This document shows positions 50,279 through 59,959 of a stretch of DNA of 64,000 nt, one piece after another (position 1 is the first letter of the stretch; the number at the start of each line of letters is the position of its first letter). Location of the stretch: positions 12,227-76,226 of the forward strand of contig DYLP01000009.1 of NCBI GenBank assembly GCA_020722005.1, read 5' to 3'. Made by a program: the position numbers and the translations under genes. A model generated the notes under the pieces. That model made no database searches. It saw only the letters and a program-made list of their open reading frames with translations, and was not told the origin of the DNA. This DNA comes from Melioribacter roseus (GTDB lineage Bacteria; Bacteroidota; Ignavibacteria; Ignavibacteriales; Melioribacteraceae).

Positions 50279-51467
50279 TTCGACCTCCGTTCCCGTTAAA
50301 AATTTCTTCTTTGAAATTTTCCAATATCGATATAAATGCATTGGGACTCGATTGACCAAGACCACACTTAGAAGCTACTTTCATCGTTTGTCCTAATTCT
50401 TTTAATTTATTGATATAGGCAAAAGTATATTCACCTTTTTCTATCATTTCGATCCCTTCTGACAATTTTGTATTGCCTATACGACAAGGTGTGCACTGCC
50501 CGCACGATTCTTCGACGAAAAATTTCATGAAGTTTTTCAATACATGGAGCATATTTCTGTTTTCGCCGAATATCATAATTGATCCGCCTGTAGCTGCATC
50601 TTCATATGCAAGGCTCCGATTGAATTGAGATTTCGGTATACATATGCCGGAGGCTCCACCTACTTGAACGGCTTTAACAGATTTAGCTCCGACTATTTCG
50701 AGCAATTCATTTATTGTCGTTCCCCACGGCAATTCATACACGCCGGGGCGTTCACAATCACCTGATACTGAGAAAAGTTTCGAACCTGTAGATTTGTCGG
50801 TTCCATATTTCTTAAACCATTCTCCTCCTTTCAGAACAATGTGAGGAACAGCTGCAAGAGTTTCGACGTTATTTACAACCGTCGGCTTACCCATGTAACC
50901 AGTATTGACGGGATATGGTGGTCTGTTTCTAGCTTCGCCGCGATTGCCTTCGAGCGATTCAATTAATGCAGTTTCTTCGCCGCAGACATAAGCTCCAGAG
51001 CCAAGTCGGATTGTTATGTCGAAATCAAAGCCATTTTTACCGACTATATTTTTACCGAGTAAGTTATCTTTTCTCATAGCCTCCAGATAATCGTTCAATG
51101 ATTTAAGCATATATTCGTATTCCCCCCGCAGATAAACAATACCCTCTGATGCGCCGATTGTGTAACCTGCTATTACCATGCCGTCAAATACGAGTTCTGG
51201 GTATTCGAGTAATAAAGCCCTATCTTTGAAAGTTCCAGGTTCGCCTTCGTCTGCATTACAGATAATAAATTTTTTATCCGATTTGGCAGCGGCTACCATA
51301 TTCCATTTAGTTGCCGTCGGAAAACCTGCACCGCCCCTGCCTTTTAATTTCGATTCCCTTAGTTCGAAAAGAATTTCTTCGCGCGATTTTTCGAGCGCTT
51401 TTTTAATTGCTTCTCCCCTTTTGTATTCGGAGAAAAGTACTATTCCTTTTCTTTCTTTTTTCTCCAT
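50268..51467 (-). CDS. hydB: Short NuoF-like flavoprotein subunit (HydB, non-bifurcating type)
   Basis: GRGGAGFPT, NADEGEPGTFKDR, GAYVCGEETAL and ESCGQCTPCR; lacks the N-terminal 2Fe-2S and C-terminal 2x4Fe-4S domains. Confidence 0.88.
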   Translation of the reverse strand: MEKKERKGIVLFSEYKRGEAIKKALEKSREEILFELRESKLKGRGGAGFPTATKWNMVAAAKSDKKFIICNADEGEPGTFKDRALLLEYPELVFDGMVIAGYTIGASEGIVYLRGEYEYMLKSLNDYLEAMRKDNLLGKNIVGKNGFDFDITIRLGSGAYVCGEETALIESLEGNRGEARNRPPYPVNTGYMGKPTVVNNVETLAAVPHIVLKGGEWFKKYGTDKSTGSKLFSVSGDCERPGVYELPWGTTINELLEIVGAKSVKAVQVGGASGICIPKSQFNRSLAYEDAATGGSIMIFGENRNMLHVLKNFMKFFVEESCGQCTPCRIGNTKLSEGIEMIEKGEYTFAYINKLKELGQTMKVASKCGLGQSSPNAFISILENFKEEIFNGNGGRNGK

Positions 51468-51475
51468 AGCTCACC

Positions 51476-51949
51476 TCACTTTAATTCGCTTAGTATTTGG
51501 ATAGCTTTCTCAGGTGTCAATTTCGTATATACGTTTTCATTGACAATCATGGCTGGACCCTGGTCGCACATTCCGACGCAATTTGCATATTCAAGTGTAA
51601 ATTTATTGTCTTTTGTAGTTTGCCCGAATTTAATGCCGAGTTCTCTTTCGATGGCTTTTGCAACGGCTTCTTTGCCTTGCATATCGCATGCGATTGTCTG
51701 GCAGAGCCTGACGATATATTTCCCTTTTGGTGTAGTGCTGAGGAATGAATAGAAAGTAATTACACTGTAGATTTCGACGGGATGAATATCGAGTAAACGC
51801 GCTATTTCCTGCTGAGCAAAGTCGGGAATATGCTTATGTTTTCGTTGAATATCCTGTAGTATCGGAAGCAAAGAAGACCTGGAACGACCATATTTTTCGA
51901 CAAGTTGTTCTATCTCTTCGGTCATTGCATTTTTTTCTAAAACCAGCAT
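51476..51949 (-). CDS. hydC: NuoE-like 2Fe-2S subunit (HydC), copy 2
   Basis: CQTIAC...CVGMCDQGP. Confidence 0.88.
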   Translation of the reverse strand: MLVLEKNAMTEEIEQLVEKYGRSRSSLLPILQDIQRKHKHIPDFAQQEIARLLDIHPVEIYSVITFYSFLSTTPKGKYIVRLCQTIACDMQGKEAVAKAIERELGIKFGQTTKDNKFTLEYANCVGMCDQGPAMIVNENVYTKLTPEKAIQILSELK

Positions 51950-51950
51950 T

Positions 51951-52331
51951 TTATTTCACCTCCTTTGCTTTCAACAAATTATTGACCTTATTAATTAGTT
52001 CAGACGGTGAAATCGGTTTTTCCACGAAGTCTTCTACTGGTACCATTTCACTCTTGTCGTATTCCATTCCTGTGGCTTTTGAAACCGAGGTGTACATTAA
52101 AATTGGGGTTTTAATCCCTTCCTTACGAAATTTTTGAGCAAGGTAAAAACCATCATCCGGCTCGTCCATCATAACGTCGAGAATAATCAAATCGGGCTTT
52201 TGTTCTACGACAATTTTGTAGCCGTCGTGAGGATTGTCTGCAGTAACTATGTTATGCCCTTGCGATTTGAGTACAATAGAACTGCTGTCGAGGATGTCCG
52301 GATCATCATCGATGATTGCAATTAGAGCCAT
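51951..52331 (-). CDS. Single-domain response regulator
   Basis: IIDDD, phosphoacceptor ILDVMM, YTS and EKP; no output domain. Confidence 0.9.
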   Translation of the reverse strand: MALIAIIDDDPDILDSSSIVLKSQGHNIVTADNPHDGYKIVVEQKPDLIILDVMMDEPDDGFYLAQKFRKEGIKTPILMYTSVSKATGMEYDKSEMVPVEDFVEKPISPSELINKVNNLLKAKEVK

Positions 52332-52346
52332 ATGTCACTCCTGTAG

Positions 52347-53825
52347 TTATTTTATGTTTATGGGTAAATTGATTATAAATGTAGTCCCTTTACCAAATTC
52401 GGACTCCACTTCAATTTTACCGTGATAAGAGTCGACAATTATTTTGACGATACTCAATCCCAAACCAGTACCGCTTATACCGTGCGTCATTTCATTTTTG
52501 GCTCTGTAAAATTCATTGAAAAGTTTTGTTTTCTCTTCAGGTTTTAATCCGATACCTGTATCACTGATTTTTAGTATAAGGTAATTGTGGGATTTGTATA
52601 GCTCTATCTCAATTTTGCCGTTCGTATTATTGTATTTTATTGCATTACTCAACAGGTTGGTGACAACTCGCGTGATTTCGTTATAATCGGCATTTATTGC
52701 GGGAATGTTTTCATCGAGATGTGTTTCGATCGAGATGTTCTTTTTCTTTATGTCGAGTTCGAAAAACTGGAACGAGTTCTCGATTATCTCGCGAATATCA
52801 ATTTGTTCAATTTCCCTCTGTTTCGTATTTAATTCAATTCTCGAAATATCGAGAAGATCGTTAACAAGGTCGGTCAATCCTTTGAGACGCGTTAGAGAAC
52901 GCTTTAAATAGTCTTCCTGTTTTTCAGGTGATAGTTGTATCGATTTATCAATCATTATATTCAGGTAGCCCTGAACTGCGGCAAGTGGGGCTTTTAGTTC
53001 GTGTGCAACCATCGATACAAACTGCGATTTCAGCAATTCGATTTTTTTGTATTCTGTAATGTTGCTGATAATTAAAACAACACCGGCAAGACTACCGTCA
53101 GAATTTGGAATGGGCGTGGTTGAAAATTCCACTATAAGTTGATTGTTCGGTTTGAGTTCGATTTGCTGTGAATAACTTTTCAAGTGAAATGTTTCTGAGT
53201 AGAAAAGTTTATTTACCGTTTTGACTACTTTCTCCGGAAGAATATTTAGTATTTTACTGCCCAATTCAATTTCTGCGAGGTCGAGAAACTTGAGGGCGGC
53301 ATAGTTATAATAGACAAGCTCGGCATTTTTATTTATTACAAGAATGCCGTCGTTAATCGATTTAATTATTGCATTGAGGCGCGATTTTTCGTTTGCCAAC
53401 TCGAGTAGATTTTCTTCGCGTTCTTTTTTCAGTCTTTCCGATTCAAGTATTAATTTCCGTTGATTGATACCCTGCTCGATTTGATAAATAATTTCCTCAG
53501 GAGAAAAGGGCTTTGGTATATATCCGAAAGCACCCAGGCGTGTCGATTCAATAGCTGTTTCGTAACTTGCAAATGCAGTTGCGATAAAGCATACTGTATT
53601 AGGATGCACGGATTTAATCTCCTTAAGCACGGTTAATCCGTCCACATCCGGCATTTTAAGATCGATTATTGCAACGTCGAATTCTTTGGACTTGCCGAGT
53701 CGTATTCCTTCATTACCATTCGGTGCAGATTCCACGTAATAGCCTTCTTCTTCAAGAAGGCGTTCCGTTCCTAATCGTAATCCGTTTTCGTCGTCAACAA
53801 TTAATATTTTGGATTTTTCATCCAT
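52347..53825 (-). CDS. Cytoplasmic hybrid kinase: REC-PAS-HisKA-HATPase
   Basis: IVDDE/IIDLKMP receiver, PAS-like INDGILVIN...YYN, AHELKAPL, NLLSNAIKY and GTGLGL; no TM. Confidence 0.9.
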   Translation of the reverse strand: MDEKSKILIVDDENGLRLGTERLLEEEGYYVESAPNGNEGIRLGKSKEFDVAIIDLKMPDVDGLTVLKEIKSVHPNTVCFIATAFASYETAIESTRLGAFGYIPKPFSPEEIIYQIEQGINQRKLILESERLKKEREENLLELANEKSRLNAIIKSINDGILVINKNAELVYYNYAALKFLDLAEIELGSKILNILPEKVVKTVNKLFYSETFHLKSYSQQIELKPNNQLIVEFSTTPIPNSDGSLAGVVLIISNITEYKKIELLKSQFVSMVAHELKAPLAAVQGYLNIMIDKSIQLSPEKQEDYLKRSLTRLKGLTDLVNDLLDISRIELNTKQREIEQIDIREIIENSFQFFELDIKKKNISIETHLDENIPAINADYNEITRVVTNLLSNAIKYNNTNGKIEIELYKSHNYLILKISDTGIGLKPEEKTKLFNEFYRAKNEMTHGISGTGLGLSIVKIIVDSYHGKIEVESEFGKGTTFIINLPINIK

Positions 53826-53840
53826 TAAAGAATTTATTCA

Positions 53841-54221
53841 TTACATGTTTTTAAGTTTCGCAATCAATTCATCAATTACAACCGGTTTATTCAAAATCTC
53901 ATCGCACTTCAGCCATTCTTTTTCTTCGTTCGTCGAGGCGCTGAATTTAAATCCCGTTGTATAAGGCGCTGAAGTTATAATAAAAACAGGAACATTTGGA
54001 TTACTCTTTTTAATTCTGTGGCAGAGTATAAAGCCCGAATCCATCTCTTCCATTATCAAGTCGATAATGGCTACATTGGGATTTTCTTTCTGAAAAGCTT
54101 CCCAGCCTTTTGCGCCGTTTTCGGCTGTAATTACTTTATATCCTCTGGATTCTAATAATACTTTGTTCTGTTCGAGTAAATCGATATCGTCATCGACTAA
54201 CAGTATTTTTTTTACGTCCAT
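53841..54221 (-). CDS. Single-domain response regulator
   Basis: LVDDD, IIDLIM, ITS and NKP; no output domain. Confidence 0.9.
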   Translation of the reverse strand: MDVKKILLVDDDIDLLEQNKVLLESRGYKVITAENGAKGWEAFQKENPNVAIIDLIMEEMDSGFILCHRIKKSNPNVPVFIITSAPYTTGFKFSASTNEEKEWLKCDEILNKPVVIDELIAKLKNM

Positions 54222-54237
54222 TTTAACACCATCCTTT

Positions 54238-56220
54238 TTAATTCAATATCATATAATTTTGTTTAATAGGTAAAGTCACTTCAAATATAGAGCCTTCAGT
54301 CAGTTTGCTTTTGACTGTAATATCTCCTCTGTGCATTTTAATTATTCCATAGGTAATTGCGAGTCCTAAACCTGTTCCCTTTCCCATTTTTTTTGTAGTA
54401 AAGAAAGGCGTAAAAATTTTATTGAGATACTCTGGCTTTATTCCACAGCCTGTATCCGTAATGACAACTTTGATTTTGTTATCAGTCCCTGTAATAACAA
54501 CGGAAAGAACTTTATCTTTCGAATTTTCCATCGCTTCGCAAGCATTGATGATAATATTCATAAAGGCTTGTCTGAGCTGGTCGCGATCGCACTGTATTTT
54601 AACACCATTGGTTTTATCTTCAACTTTTAGCTCGATATTTCCAAACTCGCTGCGAATTTTAATCAGCTGAAAAATCGAATCGATAATCGACTTGATTTCA
54701 ATTTCTTCAAGACAAAGGCGTCCCTGTCGCGCGAAGTTCAAAAGGTTCGAAACAATTTTTTTACATCTTTCCGTTTCTTCAATTATTAATTTTAAGTCTT
54801 CGATACTTTGTTTTTCGCCGCCAAATTTTTCTATTTTTTTCTTTAACATGGAAGCATAGATTAATATTGAACCGAGTGGGTTGTTCAGTTCGTGAGCTAC
54901 TCCAGCTGCAAGTTGTCCTATAGAAGCAAGCTTTTCGGCATTAGCAAGTTGCTCCTGCGTTTCCTTTATTTCTTTATTGGCTTGTTCTAATTTGTCGATC
55001 AAATAAGGCAGACACATATCTTCTTCTGCCAGCCCTTTGGCAATTGCAATTGCATATTCCCTGCAAGTTGGATATCCGCAGGCGCCACAGTTGAGTTCAT
55101 CTGACTTGGAAGTTTTATTCGATTTTGCCAATATGAATCGTATTGTTTCTTCCGACGGCGTAGGTCTTCGCTGATTCCTAATTGTAAAATTTCTCGAAAG
55201 GTTAATATCCCGATTGTTGTACAAAGTGCTTTGCCATACTTTTTTGTCGAAAGAATTGATGTCCGATTCGATAAAAGAAATTACTTTTTCTCTGCGGGAG
55301 TAATAATTTAATTCGGAATCGATGGCAGGACCGTTAATGCAGCCTTCGCAAAATAAAATATCGACAAATTTCGATCTGATTTTTCTTCCGGAAATTTCGT
55401 TGAGAATCTCTTCTACTTTATCTTTCCCTTCGACAACAATTATTTCCTTCTCCAGAATGTCGCCGTGAGTGTCGGTAGTTTTCAATAGACCGCCAGTTAA
55501 CGGATAAGCCTTTCCCATGTAAGCATGAGGTGGATCGAAAGACGAACTGTCGAGCGAATTAAGATTTATCTGCTTCCGTTCAAAAATTTGTTTTATCTCT
55601 TTGAATGTAAGTACAGCATCGATTGCGCCTTCAACCTCAGGGTCGAGGTATTCGCTTTTCTTTGCAATGCATGGACCGATAAATACAACTTTAATATGGT
55701 TGCCGTAATTTTTCTTAAGGAATCTTCCCATTGCTATCATCGGAGAAACAACAGTTGCAAGATTATCGGCAATTTCCACAAAGTATTTTGTAATCCAATT
55801 ATAAATTGCCGGACAGGGAGAACTAATTATTGTTTTGCCAGGATTGTTTTCTATGTAAGTTTTATATTTATCACTTATAAGGTCTGCACCGAAAGCTGCT
55901 TCGCTTACATGTTTGAATCCGAGTTGTTTTAGAGCTGTAATGAAATGTTTTTCAACTCCTGGAAACGAAGCCGGAAAAGAAGGTGCTACAATTGCATAAG
56001 TATCGTAAAAAGGAATAAATTCATTCAAAACAATTCCTACATCGTTGAGCACCTGTTTGGCGTTTTGAGAACAAACTTTTACACAATGCCCACAGACAAT
56101 ACATCGTTCTTCAATTACTACTGCCTGTCCGTTAAATACGCGTATTGCTCGAGCAGGACATTCCCTGACGCAGGAATAGCATCTTTTACATCTTTGTCCT
56201 ATGGTTGATACAATTCCCAT
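54238..56220 (-). CDS. Putative sensory [FeFe]-hydrogenase fused to a histidine kinase (group C1-like HydS-HK)
   Basis: 2x4Fe-4S; degenerate H-domain motifs SSPCPA, GPCIAKKSE and LFCEGCINGP; FeS motif NCGACGYPTC...C; then AHELNNPL, NACEA and GTGLGL. Confidence 0.88.
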   Translation of the reverse strand: MGIVSTIGQRCKRCYSCVRECPARAIRVFNGQAVVIEERCIVCGHCVKVCSQNAKQVLNDVGIVLNEFIPFYDTYAIVAPSFPASFPGVEKHFITALKQLGFKHVSEAAFGADLISDKYKTYIENNPGKTIISSPCPAIYNWITKYFVEIADNLATVVSPMIAMGRFLKKNYGNHIKVVFIGPCIAKKSEYLDPEVEGAIDAVLTFKEIKQIFERKQINLNSLDSSSFDPPHAYMGKAYPLTGGLLKTTDTHGDILEKEIIVVEGKDKVEEILNEISGRKIRSKFVDILFCEGCINGPAIDSELNYYSRREKVISFIESDINSFDKKVWQSTLYNNRDINLSRNFTIRNQRRPTPSEETIRFILAKSNKTSKSDELNCGACGYPTCREYAIAIAKGLAEEDMCLPYLIDKLEQANKEIKETQEQLANAEKLASIGQLAAGVAHELNNPLGSILIYASMLKKKIEKFGGEKQSIEDLKLIIEETERCKKIVSNLLNFARQGRLCLEEIEIKSIIDSIFQLIKIRSEFGNIELKVEDKTNGVKIQCDRDQLRQAFMNIIINACEAMENSKDKVLSVVITGTDNKIKVVITDTGCGIKPEYLNKIFTPFFTTKKMGKGTGLGLAITYGIIKMHRGDITVKSKLTEGSIFEVTLPIKQNYMILN

Positions 56221-56224
56221 CAGT

Positions 56225-57955
56225 TCATAATTCTTCTAATATTTTTTTTCTGTTGACGTAAGTAGTATGCAATAACTCGTGTGACAGATGACTATTCGGT
56301 TCTCCTAAAAATTCGTTATAGAGTTTTTTGAGAGATTCATTCTCGTGAGATTTTCTGTGTTTCATTTTTGCATCTATTTCATAGAGAGCGCGGGCGCGTT
56401 TTTCTACTTTTTCTGGTTTTTGATGAATTGGCTGACCGCCACCATTTATGCATCCGCCCGGGCATGCCATTACTTCGATGAAATGATATTTAGATTCGCC
56501 TTTTTCGATTTGCTCTAGAATTCCGCGAACATTTCCGATTCCGTTTACAACCGCAACATTGACAGTTGTGCCGTTAATATCGACTGAATATTCTTTTACT
56601 CCGTCGAAGCCTCGTACGTCTGTCAAATCCACGTTTTCTAATTCTTTACCGGAAAGTTTGAAATATGCAGTTCTCAGAGCCGCTTCCATAACGCCGCCGC
56701 TTGTACCGAAAATTGCGGCTGCCCCGGTCGATTCTCCCAGAGGATCGTCGAACTCGTCGTCCGGTAAATCGTTAAAATCGATGCCCGCAACTTTAAAAAG
56801 ACGAACTAACTCTCTTGTGGTCAGAACGGCATCAACGTCTGGCAATTTTGCTTCGGAAAGTTCTGGTCTGCTGGCTTCGAATTTTTTAACCGTACAAGGC
56901 ATTATCGAAACTACAAAAATGTCTTCCGGATTAAGTCCCATTTTTTTTGCATAATACGATTTAATTATAGCCCCTTCCATTTCATGCGGCGATTTACAGG
57001 TTGAAATATGATCGAGCAAATGCGGATAATTTTGTTCGGCAAATTTAATCCATCCAGGGCAGCAACTTGTGAACATCGGAATAGTTCCGCCATTGCTGAG
57101 TCGATTTATGAGTTCTGTGGCTTCTTCGATAATTGTTAAGTCCGCGCCAAAATTCGTATCAAATACTTTATCGAAACCGAGTCTTCTTAGACCTGTAATT
57201 ATTTTACCAGTCACGTTTGTACCAATTGGAAGATTATATTCTTCACCCAAAGTTGCTCTGACGGCAGGTGCAATCTGAGCAACCGTGAATTTCTTTTTGT
57301 CATTTAATGCGTTTACAACTTCTTTTGCATGGCTTCTTTCACGGAGTGCAGCGGTAGGACAAACAAGTATACATTGCCCACATAGTATACAATCGCTGAC
57401 ATTTAGACCTTTGTTAAATGGAGTTGTTACGTTACTTTTGAAACCTCTGTTTGTAAAATCAATTGCGCCAATTTTCTGAATTTCATTGCATGTTCTTACA
57501 CATCTTCCGCATAGTATACATTTAGCAGGGTCGCGTTCCATCGATGGGCTCGAAATATCGATTGCGTGATTTTTCTTTTCGCCTACGTATCTGTGTTCTC
57601 TAATATTGTAGCGTTCTGATAAGTCCTGGAGTTCGCAATTCTTATTTCTAACACAAATCAGACAATCCTGTGGATGATTTTCAATTAATAGTTCTATAAT
57701 TGTTTTTCTGGCTACTCTTACTCTTGATGAGTTAGTTTGAATTTTCATCCCCTCTTTGACAGGGTAGGCGCAACTCGGAATAAGATTTCTCATTCCATCT
57801 ACTTCTACAACACAAATTCTGCATGCACCGGAAGGGAATAAATCTTTCATATAGCATAAGGTCGGGATATGAATCCCTACGGATTTAGCTGCTTCGAGTA
57901 TAGTCATTCCTTCTTCGGCTTTTACTTTTATATCGTTGATTGTTAATTCTATCAT
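56225..57955 (-). CDS. hydA: Group A3 [FeFe]-hydrogenase catalytic subunit, copy 1
   Basis: M3 Fe-S domains; TSCCPGW, MPCTVKKFE and EVMACPGGCINGGGQP. Confidence 0.95.
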   Translation of the reverse strand: MIELTINDIKVKAEEGMTILEAAKSVGIHIPTLCYMKDLFPSGACRICVVEVDGMRNLIPSCAYPVKEGMKIQTNSSRVRVARKTIIELLIENHPQDCLICVRNKNCELQDLSERYNIREHRYVGEKKNHAIDISSPSMERDPAKCILCGRCVRTCNEIQKIGAIDFTNRGFKSNVTTPFNKGLNVSDCILCGQCILVCPTAALRERSHAKEVVNALNDKKKFTVAQIAPAVRATLGEEYNLPIGTNVTGKIITGLRRLGFDKVFDTNFGADLTIIEEATELINRLSNGGTIPMFTSCCPGWIKFAEQNYPHLLDHISTCKSPHEMEGAIIKSYYAKKMGLNPEDIFVVSIMPCTVKKFEASRPELSEAKLPDVDAVLTTRELVRLFKVAGIDFNDLPDDEFDDPLGESTGAAAIFGTSGGVMEAALRTAYFKLSGKELENVDLTDVRGFDGVKEYSVDINGTTVNVAVVNGIGNVRGILEQIEKGESKYHFIEVMACPGGCINGGGQPIHQKPEKVEKRARALYEIDAKMKHRKSHENESLKKLYNEFLGEPNSHLSHELLHTTYVNRKKILEEL

Positions 57956-57973
57956 ATTAATCTCCGTTAGAAA

Positions 57974-59959
57974 TTAATTTACTTTAATTGCGTCAAAACG
58001 GCACGATTCAAAGCACATACCACATTTGGTACATTTAATCTGAATAATCTGATGCGGTTGTTTCTTTTCGCCTATGATTGCTTCGGCCGGACATTTACGT
58101 AAACAGATACCGCAGCCAGTGCATACTTCGGGATCGATTTCGTATGTTAATAATTCTTTACATACTTTGGCGCGGCACTTCCTTTCAAAAAGATGTTCTT
58201 CGTATTCTTCCCTGAAATAGCGCAAGCCCGACAATACTGGATTAGGTGCACTCTGACCTAATCCGCATAATGACGTATCCTGAATTACTTTAGCGAGTCT
58301 CTGAAGATGAATAATCCCTTTGAAACGCTGAAGTTGTTCGGTTTTATCTCCGTTGGTTCCGTATCGAACAGGAATTCTTTCGATAATTTCGAGCATTCTT
58401 TTTGTCCCTTCACGACATGGAACGCATTTACCGCACGATTCATTTTGAATGAATGTTAGGAAAAATTTTGCTACGTCGACCATACAGGTATCTTCATCCA
58501 TAACAACAAAGCCGCCGGAACCCATCATTGCACCAATTTCCCTTAATGATTCATAATCGACTTCAGTATCGAGGACACAATCAGGTAAACATCCGCCAGA
58601 GGGACCGCCAATTTGAACTGCTTTGAATTTTTTGTTGTTCGGAATACCGCCCCCGATGTCGAAGACTACTTCACGCAGAGTAATTCCCATTGGCACTTCG
58701 ACAAGTCCGCTGTTGACAACTTTACCGCTCAATGCGAAAACTTTTGTGCCTTTGCTTGTCTTTGTGCCAATTGATGCAAACGATGCTGCTCCAATGTTTA
58801 TAATCGAAGGTACATTTGCAAAAGTTTCTACATTGTTGATCACGGTAGGTTTACCCCATAAACCACTATCAACAGGATAAGGAGGTCGGGGACGTGGCAT
58901 ACCTCTTTTCCCTTCGATCGAAGCAATTAATGCAGTTTCTTCGCCACATACAAAAGCGCCTGCCCCTTTCTTAATTTTAAGGTCAAAATCGAAATCGCTA
59001 TTAAGTATATTTTTACCGAGCAGACCGTATTCTCTGCATTTAAGAATTGCCTCTTCAAGTCTTTCAATTGCAAGCGGATATTCTGCACGACAGTAGATAT
59101 ATCCATAAGAAGCACCAATTGCGTAAGCTCCTATAATCATTCCTTCAATAACTCTGTAAGGATCGCTTTCCAGTACAGACCTGTCCATAAAGGCTCCGGG
59201 GTCACCCTCGTCCGCATTACAAATTATATATTTTGTATCCGAATTTTTTTTATGTGCGAGTTCCCACTTAATTCCTGTCGGGAAACCGCCTCCCCCTCTT
59301 CCTCTAAGTCCGCTGGCTTTAATTTCTTCAATTACCTTTTCAGGACTGAGAATTCGAAGTGCTTTATCTAAGGCTTTAAATCCATCGGAAGCTATGTATT
59401 CATCAATAGAATTTGGATTTATAACGCCACAATTTTTGAGAACAACTTTTTTCTGCCTTTTGAAAAAAGGAATTTCATTAATATTTGGAATATGGTCTTT
59501 TGTTTCACCATAGGTACCGAGTAATTTTTTCTTATATATTTTTCTCTCGATTATAGTGGTTTTTATCAGTTCTTTGACGTCTTTGGGTTGAATTTCACAA
59601 TATGAAACCCTGTCTTCACCCGCTAATTTGATATCGACTATTGGTTCTCTGGCACAATATCCAACGCATCCGGTAGGTACAACCAGAGCTTTAATATTTT
59701 CATTGGCGAGTTCTTCTTCGATTGCAGTTTTCACTTTATCTGCACCCGAAGCCAGTCCACAGGTGCCCATACCGATAAATATTACTGGAACTTTTGTTGA
59801 CTCGTAGCGCAGCTTTTCGTTAAGACCTTTATATTTTTCTTTACATTTATCGTCTTTATGACAAAGAGGTCCTTCAAGACAGCAAGCTACAAAAAGCTCG
59901 CATGGTTTACTGGGGGAATGCCAGCACTGGTCACAACATTTTTCAATAAAACTTTTCAT
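57974..59959 (-). CDS. hydB: Long HydB flavoprotein subunit (bifurcating type)
   Basis: Thioredoxin-like 2Fe-2S domain, NADEGDPGAFMDR, GAFVCGEET, ESCGKCVPC and C-terminal 2x4Fe-4S; Cys-rich N-terminal extension. Confidence 0.92.
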   Translation of the reverse strand: MKSFIEKCCDQCWHSPSKPCELFVACCLEGPLCHKDDKCKEKYKGLNEKLRYESTKVPVIFIGMGTCGLASGADKVKTAIEEELANENIKALVVPTGCVGYCAREPIVDIKLAGEDRVSYCEIQPKDVKELIKTTIIERKIYKKKLLGTYGETKDHIPNINEIPFFKRQKKVVLKNCGVINPNSIDEYIASDGFKALDKALRILSPEKVIEEIKASGLRGRGGGGFPTGIKWELAHKKNSDTKYIICNADEGDPGAFMDRSVLESDPYRVIEGMIIGAYAIGASYGYIYCRAEYPLAIERLEEAILKCREYGLLGKNILNSDFDFDLKIKKGAGAFVCGEETALIASIEGKRGMPRPRPPYPVDSGLWGKPTVINNVETFANVPSIINIGAASFASIGTKTSKGTKVFALSGKVVNSGLVEVPMGITLREVVFDIGGGIPNNKKFKAVQIGGPSGGCLPDCVLDTEVDYESLREIGAMMGSGGFVVMDEDTCMVDVAKFFLTFIQNESCGKCVPCREGTKRMLEIIERIPVRYGTNGDKTEQLQRFKGIIHLQRLAKVIQDTSLCGLGQSAPNPVLSGLRYFREEYEEHLFERKCRAKVCKELLTYEIDPEVCTGCGICLRKCPAEAIIGEKKQPHQIIQIKCTKCGMCFESCRFDAIKVN

